Assembly (NCBI GenBank): GCA_036796175.1
Contig: DAIRDK010000001.1
Span: 1 to 57,737 of the forward strand
Direction of reading: 5' to 3'
Source: Bacteroidales bacterium
GTDB lineage: Bacteria; Bacteroidota; Bacteroidia; Bacteroidales; FEN-979
DNA: 57,737 nt
The notes under the pieces are model-generated. The model was given only the letters and a program-made list of their open reading frames with translations, did not search any database and was not told the DNA's origin. Shown here piece after piece: positions 44,342 through 53,102 of this stretch (positions within the stretch are counted from its first letter, which is position 1; each line of letters starts with the position of its first letter). The position numbers and the translations under genes are program-made.

Positions 44342-45226
44342 ATGATCCGTTCGATGACAGGATACGGCAAGGCGGTGGCGGAAATCCCGGGAAGAAAACT
44401 AACCGTCGAGGTGAGGTCGCTGAACAGCAAACAAACCGACCTGAACACCCGTCTGCCTTCATTCCTCCGCGAAAAGGAGATCGAGATCCGCAACCTGGCG
44501 ACGCAGTCCCTGGAACGCGGCAAGGTGGACATCTACATCACCGCCGAACTCTCTTCCGAAGCGTCCCCGGCCTCGATCAACCATGCACTCGCCCGATCGT
44601 ATCACGACCAACTCAAGCAACTACAGAAGGAACTGAGGGAAGATTGCCCCGAAGGCTTACTGGCCGTGATCCTCAGAATGCCGGATGTCCTTCAGCCCGA
44701 AAAGGAGGAGATCGCGGAAACCGACTGGGGCGTGATCCGGGCAGCCATCGAGAATGCACTCCGCCTGACCGATCTCTTCCGCAGCCAGGAAGGGGCGATC
44801 CTTGAAACGGACATCAAACAGCGGATCGAGGCCATTCTGAGTTTGCTGGATGACGTGCTGCCGTATGAACAAAACCGGATCGAAACCCTGCGGGGGAACC
44901 TGCTGAAAGCATTCGAAAAATACGGGCCGGGCGAGCAAGGCTTCAAAGCCGATCCCAACCGGTTTGAACAGGAACTGATCTTCTACCTGGAAAAACTGGA
45001 TTTCACCGAAGAAAAGGTACGGCTGAAGAAACACTGTGACCATTTCCTGGAGGTGATGCACGGGGAGCAGTCGCAGGGAAAAAAACTTGGCTTTATCGCC
45101 CAGGAGATTGGCCGTGAGATCAACACCCTCGGCTCAAAAGCCAACGACGCCAGGATCCAGAAGATCGTCGTGCAGATGAAGGATGAACTGGAGAAAGTGA
45201 AGGAACAACTAATGAATATATTGTAA
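44342..45226 (+). CDS. yicC: YicC/YloC-family protein
   Basis: Start taken at MIRSMTGYG. C-terminal QEIGREINTLGSKAND motif. Confidence 0.85.
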   Translation: MIRSMTGYGKAVAEIPGRKLTVEVRSLNSKQTDLNTRLPSFLREKEIEIRNLATQSLERGKVDIYITAELSSEASPASINHALARSYHDQLKQLQKELREDCPEGLLAVILRMPDVLQPEKEEIAETDWGVIRAAIENALRLTDLFRSQEGAILETDIKQRIEAILSLLDDVLPYEQNRIETLRGNLLKAFEKYGPGEQGFKADPNRFEQELIFYLEKLDFTEEKVRLKKHCDHFLEVMHGEQSQGKKLGFIAQEIGREINTLGSKANDARIQKIVVQMKDELEKVKEQLMNIL

Positions 45227-45228
45227 GG

Positions 45229-45282
45229 GCGAGTCCCCGACTCGCCCGTACCAAAGCGAGTCCCCGACTCGCCCGTACCAGA
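45229..45282. repeat. 27-nt unit duplicated in tandem, each copy containing a GCGAGTC ccc GACTCGC hairpin
   Basis: GCGAGTCCCCGACTCGCCCGTACCA[AA/GA] occurs twice. It fills almost the entire yicC-gmk spacer. Confidence 0.9.
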
Positions 45283-45286
45283 AGGC

Positions 45287-45850
45287 ATGCACAAAGCCAT
45301 CATCATATCAGCCCCGTCGGGCGCAGGCAAGACAACGATCGTCAAAGCGCTGCTGGAACAGGTCCCGGAACTGGAGTTTTCGGTTTCCGCCTGCACGCGT
45401 CCCATGCGGCCCGGCGAGGTGAACGGCAGGGATTACTGGTTCCTGAGTCCGGAGGAATTCAGGAAGCGCATCGACCAGGATCTGCTGGTCGAATACCAGG
45501 AGGTCTACCCGGGCAGTTTCTACGGTACGCTGAAGGCCGAGCTGGATCGGATCTGGAAGAACAATCACGCGGTGATCTTCGAAGTGGATGCCATTGGGGG
45601 CATCAACCTGAAAAACTACTTTGGCGGTCAGGCGTTGTCGGTATTCATCAAGCCACCTTCGGTGGAAGTACTGGAACAGCGCCTGCGGAACCGCAATACC
45701 GACAGCGCCGAGAGCATTGAGAAACGAATGGCGAAGGCCCTGTTCGAGATGTCGTTCGCGGAGAAGTTCGATGAAATTGTGGTGAATGATGACCTGGGGA
45801 AAGCAATTTCAAGGGTTGTTGGATTAGTCAGGGATTTTTTACCACAATAG
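45287..45850 (+). CDS. gmk: guanylate kinase
   Basis: P-loop SAPSGAGKTT, with TRPMRPGEVNGRDYWF. Confidence 0.95.
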   Translation: MHKAIIISAPSGAGKTTIVKALLEQVPELEFSVSACTRPMRPGEVNGRDYWFLSPEEFRKRIDQDLLVEYQEVYPGSFYGTLKAELDRIWKNNHAVIFEVDAIGGINLKNYFGGQALSVFIKPPSVEVLEQRLRNRNTDSAESIEKRMAKALFEMSFAEKFDEIVVNDDLGKAISRVVGLVRDFLPQ

Positions 45851-45892
45851 GCACACAAGATCACATTAGTATGAAAGTAATAATATCTGTTT

Positions 45893-46492
45893 ATGTGTCC
45901 TAATGTGCCTAATGCAGTAAAGAAAACAGGCCTCTTCTTCGGCTCCTTCAATCCGATACACCTGGGACATCTGATGATTGCCTCGTGGATGACGGAATTC
46001 ACTGATATCGGCCAGGTATGGTTTGTCATCTCCCCGCACAACCCGCTGAAGGAGAAAAGTTCCCTGCTCCCCGATGTCAACCGGCTCTATATGGTCAATG
46101 TAGCCGTTGAAGACGAACCGAAATTTAAAGCGTCCAACATCGAATTCCATCTTCCGCGGCCGTCGTACACCATCGATACGATGACCTACATCACCGAACA
46201 GTATCCCGATAAGGAGTTCGTGCTTATCGCCGGCTCGGATACATTGCCAACGCTGCACAAATGGAAGAACTACGAACAACTGCTTGATCAATATTCATTC
46301 TATATCTACCCGCGCCCGGATGTTTCAAAAAGCCCGTTTGACGACCATCCGCATGTCAGCTTCGTCAATGCACCGCTGATCGAGGTTTCGTCGAGCTTCA
46401 TCAGGGAAGCGATCAAGGACGGGAAGAATATGCAGTATTTTTTACCGGTTAAAGTGTGGGATTATATAGAGAAGATGGGGTTTTACCGGTAA
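45893..46492 (+). CDS. nadD: nicotinate-nucleotide adenylyltransferase
   Basis: GLFFGSFNPIHLGHL (the (T/H)xGH motif) and ISPHNPLK. Confidence 0.9.
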   Translation: MCPNVPNAVKKTGLFFGSFNPIHLGHLMIASWMTEFTDIGQVWFVISPHNPLKEKSSLLPDVNRLYMVNVAVEDEPKFKASNIEFHLPRPSYTIDTMTYITEQYPDKEFVLIAGSDTLPTLHKWKNYEQLLDQYSFYIYPRPDVSKSPFDDHPHVSFVNAPLIEVSSSFIREAIKDGKNMQYFLPVKVWDYIEKMGFYR

Positions 46493-46498
46493 AAAATC

Positions 46499-46519
46499 AA
46501 TTACGAATTACGAATTACG
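46499..46519. repeat. three exact tandem heptamers AATTACG
   Basis: Read directly, just after the nadD stop. Confidence 0.9.
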
Positions 46520-46531
46520 AAAGATGAATTA

Positions 46532-46549
46532 AATTTCAAATTTGAAATT
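46532..46549. promoter_or_regulatory. perfect 18-bp palindrome AATTTCAAATTTGAAATT
   Basis: Verified by reverse-complementing. It lies 17 nt upstream of the probable ATG (46566) of the next gene. Confidence 0.3.
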
Positions 46550-46565
46550 ACGATTAGTACGGACC

Positions 46566-47189
46566 ATGACGTTTTTCCAGTACTATTTTTCCGCCTTCAT
46601 CAATCCTTCCAAGACATTTGTAACGCTCAGGGATGATCCGGGGAGGGTCAGGCTTGGGTTTCTGGCTGTGCTGATCATGGCCGTGCTTTACACATTCGTG
46701 TATCTCTTCCTGATATTTGGCGGAGGGCAACCCTTCAAGCCCTGGCTGGATATTCCGCTGGAAACGTATTACCGTTACAACGTTTTGTTCTGTGCCCCGT
46801 CGATGTTCCTCGGGTGGATCCTGGCCGCAGGGGTCGCACATCTTATTTCGCAATTATTTAATGGTTCCGGGACTTTCGAGCAAACGCTCTGCGTGTTCGG
46901 TTTCGGGATCGGTGTCGCGTCCTGGGCGACCGGACTGCATGACCTGCTGACCAGTTTCCTTGGAGCTAAACATGTGATCAGTCAGCGGGATTATGAAATT
47001 GCCCTGAATTCTCCAACCATCTGGCGAACACTGCTCTGGATACAGATGCTCATTTACCTCCTCTGGTTTCTTTTTCTCTTCACCAAAGGAATTCAGAAAG
47101 TGCAAGGATTGACAGGCTGGAAGGCATCACTGGCCGGAACGGTCGGCTTCATCATGTACCAGGGGTTCTTCCTGATCTTTAACCGGTAA
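46566..47189 (+). CDS. Yip1-like polytopic membrane protein (hypothetical)
   Basis: Start taken at the ATG (MTFFQYYF) rather than the TTG at 46542. It has five hydrophobic helices. The family assignment is tentative. Confidence 0.5.
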   Translation: MTFFQYYFSAFINPSKTFVTLRDDPGRVRLGFLAVLIMAVLYTFVYLFLIFGGGQPFKPWLDIPLETYYRYNVLFCAPSMFLGWILAAGVAHLISQLFNGSGTFEQTLCVFGFGIGVASWATGLHDLLTSFLGAKHVISQRDYEIALNSPTIWRTLLWIQMLIYLLWFLFLFTKGIQKVQGLTGWKASLAGTVGFIMYQGFFLIFNR

Positions 47190-47204
47190 AAAGAGTCAGC
47201 AGTT

Positions 47205-47260
47205 TATCCCGTCATCCTGGTATCCTTGTATCCCTGCATCCCGGCATCCCTGCCTATCCC
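47205..47260. repeat. about seven tandem octamers [TC]ATCC[CT]NG
   Basis: tatcccgt catcctgg tatccttg tatccctg catcccgg catccctg cctatccc. The last unit supplies the stop codon and final codons of the hydrolase gene. Confidence 0.85.
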
Positions 47261-48051
47261 TTCCCAAGCACTTTCTTCGCAAAACACCACACGGCAAGCA
47301 GCGTCTCATGATAGGCTTCGATGAATCCCATGTGGCCGATCTCTTTCAGGACGAGGGACTCGGAATGCTTTGGAAGGAGGAGCATCTCCCCGATCCTGTC
47401 GAGGGGCGCCCTTGAGTCTTTCATGCCTGCGATGAAGAGCACGGGAACATCGAGTGTTTTCAACAGTTCTGCAGAGTCGGGACGCAGCTTCATCCCTTCG
47501 GCAGCGGCCAGGAGTCCTTCGATGGAGGTCTTTGATGCCTGTTTCACCAGCTTGTCAACGGCTGCGGCATGCCGCACGCGCATATCGGGAGCGAAGAGTG
47601 ATGGGATGAACTGGAAGATATAGTTCTGGCGGTTTTCGCGCATTAATTTAATGCTGCGTTCCCGGTTCATCCTGCCCTCTTCAGTATCCTCAAACGGATG
47701 GGAATGGAAGAGGCAGATCCCCTGCAGAAGGTCAGCATATTTCCTCGCAAAGGCCAGGGTTACGAACCCTCCCATCGAGTGCCCCACCATCAGGCAGCGC
47801 TTGATCCTGCAGGCATCCAGGACCTCTTTCACCACATCGGCCATCAGCTCCATGGTGTGGATTTCCGCCACGCATTCGCTTTTCCCGAATCCCGGCAGAT
47901 CGATCGCGATGACCCGGAAGCTGCGGCACAGCACTTCGTCGAACTTTTTCCAGATCTTCAACGATTCGGTGTAACCATGAAGCAGCACCACGCAAGGTCC
48001 GGATCCCTCGGAGGTGAAGTTGATGCTTGTACCAAGAAAATCTAAAGTCAT
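47254..48051 (-). CDS. alpha/beta-fold hydrolase
   Basis: Start taken at MTLDFLG. HG oxyanion motif (VVLLHGY), nucleophile elbow GHSMGG, and C-terminal GHMGF. Confidence 0.8.
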   Translation of the reverse strand: MTLDFLGTSINFTSEGSGPCVVLLHGYTESLKIWKKFDEVLCRSFRVIAIDLPGFGKSECVAEIHTMELMADVVKEVLDACRIKRCLMVGHSMGGFVTLAFARKYADLLQGICLFHSHPFEDTEEGRMNRERSIKLMRENRQNYIFQFIPSLFAPDMRVRHAAAVDKLVKQASKTSIEGLLAAAEGMKLRPDSAELLKTLDVPVLFIAGMKDSRAPLDRIGEMLLLPKHSESLVLKEIGHMGFIEAYHETLLAVWCFAKKVLGKG

Positions 48052-48064
48052 GGTTTTTTTATTA

Positions 48065-48112
48065 CCACTGAGACACGGGGACACTGAATTCCGTGTCTCC
48101 GTGCTTCCGTGG
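48065..48112. repeat. word-repeat hairpin (GAGACACGG/CCGTGTCTC core) downstream of the aminopeptidase gene
   Basis: 9-bp perfect stem at 48070-48078 and 48091-48099, with flanking GACAC/GTGTC-type words. Confidence 0.6.
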
Positions 48113-48119
48113 TAGAGAA

Positions 48120-49505
48120 TTATTTCATCATATTCTCAATCTCTTCTACCGTTTTGGGGATCGGTTTGCCGAGCACGCGGCAGCCGGTTGCGGTGATGAG
48201 GATGTCGTCTTCGATGCGGACGCCGCCGAAGTCGCGGTATTTCTCCACTTCCGTATAGTTGATGTATTCGGCGTGCTTGTTTTCCGCTTTCCAGATGTCG
48301 ATCAGTTCGGGAATGAAGTAGATGCCCGGCTCGATAGTCATTACGTATCCTTCGCGGAGCTTGCGGCCGAAACGAAGGAATGCGATGCCGAATTCACTGG
48401 CACGCTGTACCTCTTTGTCGTAACCGACCACGTCTTCGCCCAGTCCTTCCAGGTCGTGAACATCCATTCCCAGCGGGTGGCCGAGGCCATGGGGGAAGAA
48501 CATCGTATGTGCCCCCTTGAGGACTGCTTCTTTCGTGTCCCCTTTCATGATGCCTGCAGCCTTCAGTCCGTCTGTGACGGTCATAGCGGCCAGCAGGTGG
48601 ACCTCTTTGAACGGAACGCCCGGCTTTGACGCAACGATCGCATCCAGGTTGGCTTTAAGGACGATCTCATAAATGAGTTTCTGCCTTGCGTCGAACTTCC
48701 CCCCCACCGGCATGGTGCGGGTAATGTCGCTTGAATAGAGGAGTTCCGATTCAGCGCCGGCATCGCTCACCAGCATGCGGCCGGTTTTCAGGACGTTGCC
48801 GTGATGGTGGTTATGAAGCGTTTGTCCGTTGATCGTCAGAATGATCGGGAATGAAACCCCATGGGCTTTCGACAGGGCGATGCCCTCCATGACTCCGGCG
48901 ATCTCCCGTTCAACGACCCCGGGTTTCGCCATCTTCATGGCCGTGGTGTGCATGGCATAGGCGACATCGACCATCTTTTCAATTTCGGCAACTTCCAGAG
49001 CATCCTTGACCATGCGAAGGTTCACCACCCCGAGGATCAGTTCCGGGGAGGCGTTCTTTTTCACTTCGGTGACCGGAATCCCCAGCAGGGTATGCAGCTG
49101 GATCATCGTTTCGCCCCTGTAAGGCGGGAGAAAATGGATCCTGCGTTGGTTTTTCAGCGCGTCGCTGATCACTTCAGCCAGCCCCGACAACGGCTTTACT
49201 TCCGTGACTCCGGCCAATGCGGCCTGATCTTTCATGGTGGGCTGTTTCCCCATCCAGATGATATCGTCGATATCCACATCGTTCCCGAAAATGATATCTC
49301 TCCCGTTATCCAGGTCAATGATACCGGCCAGGTCGGGATGGTCCAGACCAAAGAAATAGGAGAAATTGCTGTCCTGCCGGAAAGCATACTGGTTGGCCGG
49401 ATAATTCATGGCCGATTCCTGGTTCCCCAGAAAGAGGGCGATCCCGCCGGAAACTTCCTTGCGCAGGCGGTTCCTTCTGTCGGTGTATACGATTGGTGCA
49501 AACAT
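48120..49505 (-). CDS. M24-family Xaa-Pro aminopeptidase (aminopeptidase P type)
   Basis: Creatinase-like N-terminal domain plus the pita-bread fold (VSDAGAE, HGLGHPLGMDVHD, EPGIY, RIEDD). Confidence 0.9.
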   Translation of the reverse strand: MFAPIVYTDRRNRLRKEVSGGIALFLGNQESAMNYPANQYAFRQDSNFSYFFGLDHPDLAGIIDLDNGRDIIFGNDVDIDDIIWMGKQPTMKDQAALAGVTEVKPLSGLAEVISDALKNQRRIHFLPPYRGETMIQLHTLLGIPVTEVKKNASPELILGVVNLRMVKDALEVAEIEKMVDVAYAMHTTAMKMAKPGVVEREIAGVMEGIALSKAHGVSFPIILTINGQTLHNHHHGNVLKTGRMLVSDAGAESELLYSSDITRTMPVGGKFDARQKLIYEIVLKANLDAIVASKPGVPFKEVHLLAAMTVTDGLKAAGIMKGDTKEAVLKGAHTMFFPHGLGHPLGMDVHDLEGLGEDVVGYDKEVQRASEFGIAFLRFGRKLREGYVMTIEPGIYFIPELIDIWKAENKHAEYINYTEVEKYRDFGGVRIEDDILITATGCRVLGKPIPKTVEEIENMMK

Positions 49506-49571
49506 AAATTAATCTGATTTTAAATTATGATAAAAGTGATTGCGTATGTAGCGTGAAAAAAAATTATCTTC

Positions 49572-49579
49572 TATTTTTG
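49572..49579 (+). promoter_or_regulatory. TATTTTTG (-7 box) upstream of sdhC
   Basis: TAnnTTTG match about 60 nt upstream of the ATG at 49640, in an AT-rich spacer. Confidence 0.3.
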
Positions 49580-49639
49580 AACAAAAGTCTGACTTTTTCT
49601 TTTTCATTCAACGTATTCCGTATTTTTTAATTGCGAGTC

Positions 49640-50311
49640 ATGAGCGAGCAGATCCTGAAATTCTCATCCATCACCAAGAAGGTCTGGATGTCCCTGCTGG
49701 GCATATTCCTGATGATCTTCCTGGTGGTCCATCTCACCATCAATCTCTTTTTATTGCGGAACGACGGCGGGGACTGGTTCAACCAGGCAGCCCATTTCAT
49801 GGGAACCAATTACGTGGTCAAGATTTTCGAGGTGATCCTCTTTGCGGGTTTCATCCTGCACATCCTGCTGGGGATCATCCTTCAGGTGCAGAACTGGATG
49901 TCGCGTCCGGTAAGGTATCACATTTCGAACCGGACCAGGACGCCATTCCTGAGCAAATACATGATCTATACCGGTGGGATCGTCCTGGTTTTCCTCATTC
50001 TCCATTTCTTCAACTTCTACTTTATCAAACTGGGATGGGTGAGCAATCCGAACATGACGGCTGAAGGAGAGCCCGACTTTTACCTCGTGGCCCGGGAGCT
50101 TTTCGCACAACCCCTTTACGTTGTCATTTACATCGGCCTGTTCATCGCCCTGGGATTTCATTTATACCATGCTTTCGAATCGGCATTCCAGAGCCTGGGG
50201 TTGAATCACAAAACCTATACCCCGGCTATCGAGCTGTGTGCGAAGATCTACTCGGTGATCATCCCGCTCGGCTTTATCATCATCCCGTTATATTTCTTAA
50301 TCTTTAGCTAA
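49640..50311 (+). CDS. sdhC: succinate dehydrogenase/fumarate reductase cytochrome b subunit (Bacteroidota type)
   Basis: Five TM helices with conserved His residues. It lies directly upstream of the flavoprotein subunit. Confidence 0.8.
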   Translation: MSEQILKFSSITKKVWMSLLGIFLMIFLVVHLTINLFLLRNDGGDWFNQAAHFMGTNYVVKIFEVILFAGFILHILLGIILQVQNWMSRPVRYHISNRTRTPFLSKYMIYTGGIVLVFLILHFFNFYFIKLGWVSNPNMTAEGEPDFYLVARELFAQPLYVVIYIGLFIALGFHLYHAFESAFQSLGLNHKTYTPAIELCAKIYSVIIPLGFIIIPLYFLIFS

Positions 50312-50316
50312 TTGCC

Positions 50317-52254
50317 ATGGCTGAACTGAACCCGAAAATCCCCCAGGGACCGCTGGCGCAAAAGTGGACCCATTACAAGGCACACCAGAACCTGGTCAAC
50401 CCGTCGAACAAGCGCAAGCTCGACATCATCGTGGTCGGCACAGGGCTGGCGGGAGCTTCCGCGGCCGCCTCATTCGGCGAACTGGGTTTCAACGTGAAGA
50501 TCTTCTGTTACCAGGACAGCCCGCGGCGGGCGCACAGTATTGCCGCGCAGGGCGGGATCAATGCGGCGAAGAATTACCCGAACGACGGCGACAGCATCTA
50601 CCGCCTGTTCTATGATACCATCAAGGGAGGCGATTATCGCGCCCGTGAGGCGAACGTGTACCGCCTGGCCGAGGTAAGCAACACCATCATCGACCAGTGC
50701 GTGGCGCAGGGCGTGCCCTTTGCCCGCGAATACGGCGGCTCGCTGGAAAACCGCTCCTTCGGCGGCGCCCAGGTGTCGCGTACGTTTTACGCCCGCGGCC
50801 AGACGGGACAGCAGCTTCTCCTCGGCGCATACGGTGCCCTGAGCCGCCAGATCGCCCTCGGGACCGTGAAACTCTACAACCGGCACGAGATGATGGACGT
50901 CGTGATCATAGAGGGCAAGGCCCGAGGCATCATCGCCCGCGACCTGGTGACCGGCAAGCTGGAACGTCATTTCGGCCATGCCGTGGTGATAGCCACCGGG
51001 GGTTACGGGAACGTATTCTACCTTTCGACCAACGCCATGGGTTCCAACACCAGCGCCATCTGGCAGATCTTCAAAAAAGGCGCATGGTTCGCCAATCCGT
51101 GTTTCACCCAGATCCACCCGACCTGTATCCCCGTACACGGCGATTACCAGTCGAAGCTGACCCTCATGAGCGAGAGCCTCCGCAACGACGGACGTATCTG
51201 GGTACCGAAGAAGAAAGAGGACGCCGAAGCGCACCGCACCGGGAAGCTGAAGGCTAACGATATTGCCGAAGAGGACCGCGATTATTTCCTCGAGCGCCGC
51301 TACCCTGCCTTCGGGAACCTGGTCCCCCGCGACGTTGCTTCACGCGCTGCCAAAGAGCGCTGCGACGCAGGATTCGGAGTAGGGCCCACAGGACTTGCCG
51401 TGTTCCTTGATTTCAAGGAATCGATCGGCCGCCTGGGAAAACACGTCATCGAGGAACGTTACGGCAACCTGTTCCAGATGTACGAGAAGATCGTCGACGA
51501 AAACCCGTACGAGAACCCGATGATGATCTACCCCGCGGTCCATTATACCATGGGAGGCACCTGGGTGGACTACGAACTGATGACAACCGTCACGGGACTG
51601 TTCGTTGCGGGAGAGGCCAATTTCTCGGACCACGGGGCCAACCGGCTGGGTGCCTCCGCGCTCATGCAGGGACTGGCTGACGGCTATTTCGTGCTTCCTT
51701 ACACGATCCAGAATTATCTCTCTTCGGAGATCAAGATCCCGCGGATGAAGACCGACCGCCCTGAATTCGAAGCAGCCGAGAAGGCGGTGCAGGATCGACT
51801 GCAGAAGCTGATGTCCGTCAAGGGCACCAAGTCCGTTGACCATTTCCACAAGGCCTTAGGCAAGATCATGTGGGAACATGTCGGCATGGGACGTACGGAA
51901 GCGGGACTGAAACAGGGTATTGAGCTGATCCGCGCCCTGCGCAAGGAATTCTGGAGCGATGTACGCATCCCCGGCACAATGGAAGGCATGAACACCGAAC
52001 TGGAGAAAGCCAACCGCGTCGCCGATTTCCTCGAGCTCGGCGAACTCATGGCCCTGGATGCCATGAACCGCAACGAAAGCTGCGGCGGTCACTTCCGCGA
52101 GGAGTACCAGACCGAGGAGGGAGAATGCCTGAGGAATGATGAGGACTATAAGTACGTGGCGGCCTGGGAGTACAAAGGCGAAGGGGAATTTGAATTGCAT
52201 AAGGAACCCCTGGTGTATGAAGAAATCGAAGTGAAACAAAGAGTTTATAAATAA
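50317..52254 (+). CDS. sdhA: succinate dehydrogenase/fumarate reductase flavoprotein subunit
   Basis: FAD motif [27 protein letters not shown] (FAD-linking His), and HYTMGG. Confidence 0.95.
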   Translation: MAELNPKIPQGPLAQKWTHYKAHQNLVNPSNKRKLDIIVVGTGLAGASAAASFGELGFNVKIFCYQDSPRRAHSIAAQGGINAAKNYPNDGDSIYRLFYDTIKGGDYRAREANVYRLAEVSNTIIDQCVAQGVPFAREYGGSLENRSFGGAQVSRTFYARGQTGQQLLLGAYGALSRQIALGTVKLYNRHEMMDVVIIEGKARGIIARDLVTGKLERHFGHAVVIATGGYGNVFYLSTNAMGSNTSAIWQIFKKGAWFANPCFTQIHPTCIPVHGDYQSKLTLMSESLRNDGRIWVPKKKEDAEAHRTGKLKANDIAEEDRDYFLERRYPAFGNLVPRDVASRAAKERCDAGFGVGPTGLAVFLDFKESIGRLGKHVIEERYGNLFQMYEKIVDENPYENPMMIYPAVHYTMGGTWVDYELMTTVTGLFVAGEANFSDHGANRLGASALMQGLADGYFVLPYTIQNYLSSEIKIPRMKTDRPEFEAAEKAVQDRLQKLMSVKGTKSVDHFHKALGKIMWEHVGMGRTEAGLKQGIELIRALRKEFWSDVRIPGTMEGMNTELEKANRVADFLELGELMALDAMNRNESCGGHFREEYQTEEGECLRNDEDYKYVAAWEYKGEGEFELHKEPLVYEEIEVKQRVYK

Positions 52255-52263
52255 AATTCTTAA

Positions 52264-52338
52264 CCACAAAGGCACAAATAAAGCACAAAGAACACGATAA
52301 AACATTGTGTCCCTATTGGTGTCTTAGTGTCTTTGTGG
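52264..52338. repeat. word-repeat hairpin (CACAAAG words paired with CTTTGTG words) between sdhA and sdhB
   Basis: CCACAAAG (52264-52271) pairs with CTTTGTGG (52331-52338). Internal GCACAAA and GTGTCTT words are present. Confidence 0.7.
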
Positions 52339-52354
52339 TAAAAAAATCAAACGC

Positions 52355-53095
52355 ATGAAATTGACCCTCAAAATCTGGAGACAGCCCGACAGCGCGGCTA
52401 AAGGGAAATTCGTTGTATACACGGTTGACAACATCTCCCCCAACTGCTCATTTTTAGAGATGCTCGACATCCTGAACGAGCAGCTCATTCAGAAGGGCGA
52501 GGAGCCGGTGGTGTTCGACCACGACTGCCGAGAAGGCATCTGCGGGATGTGCAGCCTGTACATTAACGGCCGTCCGCACGGACCCGACGATGCGGTAACC
52601 GTGTGCCAGCTGCATATGCGGAAGTTCAAAGACGGCGATACGATCGTGGTCGAGCCTTGGAGGGCCAAGCCCTTCCCGGTGATCAGGGACCTGATGGTGG
52701 ACCGTTCAGCCTTTGACAAGATCATCCAGGCGGGGGGCTATGTTTCCGTAAATACCGGCGGAGCAGCCGAAGCCAACCAGATCCTGGTCAGCAAGGAGAA
52801 CGCGGACCTCTCGATGGACGCTGCGGCCTGCATCGGCTGCGGGGCCTGCGTCGCGGCCTGCAAAAACGCTTCGGCCATGCTGTTCGTCTCCGCCAAAGTC
52901 TCCCAGTTCGCCTTATTGCCGCAGGGACAGGTTGAAGCCAAACATCGCGTGAAGAAGATGGTGGCGAAGATGGACGAGCTCGGATTCGGCAACTGCACCA
53001 ATACTTACGCCTGCGAAGCCGAATGCCCGAAACTGATCAACCGGTCAAACATCGCAAGGATGAACCGGGAGTTTGTTTGCGCAAAAGTATCCTGA
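52355..53095 (+). CDS. sdhB: succinate dehydrogenase/fumarate reductase iron-sulfur subunit
   Basis: 2Fe-2S motif CREGICGMC, 4Fe-4S motif [11 protein letters not shown], and C-terminal CEAECP. Confidence 0.95.
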   Translation: MKLTLKIWRQPDSAAKGKFVVYTVDNISPNCSFLEMLDILNEQLIQKGEEPVVFDHDCREGICGMCSLYINGRPHGPDDAVTVCQLHMRKFKDGDTIVVEPWRAKPFPVIRDLMVDRSAFDKIIQAGGYVSVNTGGAAEANQILVSKENADLSMDAAACIGCGACVAACKNASAMLFVSAKVSQFALLPQGQVEAKHRVKKMVAKMDELGFGNCTNTYACEAECPKLINRSNIARMNREFVCAKVS

Positions 53096-53102
53096 CAGGC
53101 AG

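Noticed and set aside
43308-44345. 345-aa plus-strand ORF antisense to the PLD gene. There are similar long antisense ORFs at 56105-57241, 12369-13154, 13442-14224, 15817-16578, 38362-39087, 50470-51234, 54221-54925, 10629-11219, 48861-49517 and 19886-20749.
   Set aside because: Each lies fully inside a gene with clear family motifs on the other strand. Their products are Arg/Pro/Gly/His-rich low-complexity sequence with no recognisable motifs. These are typical shadow ORFs in moderately GC-rich DNA.
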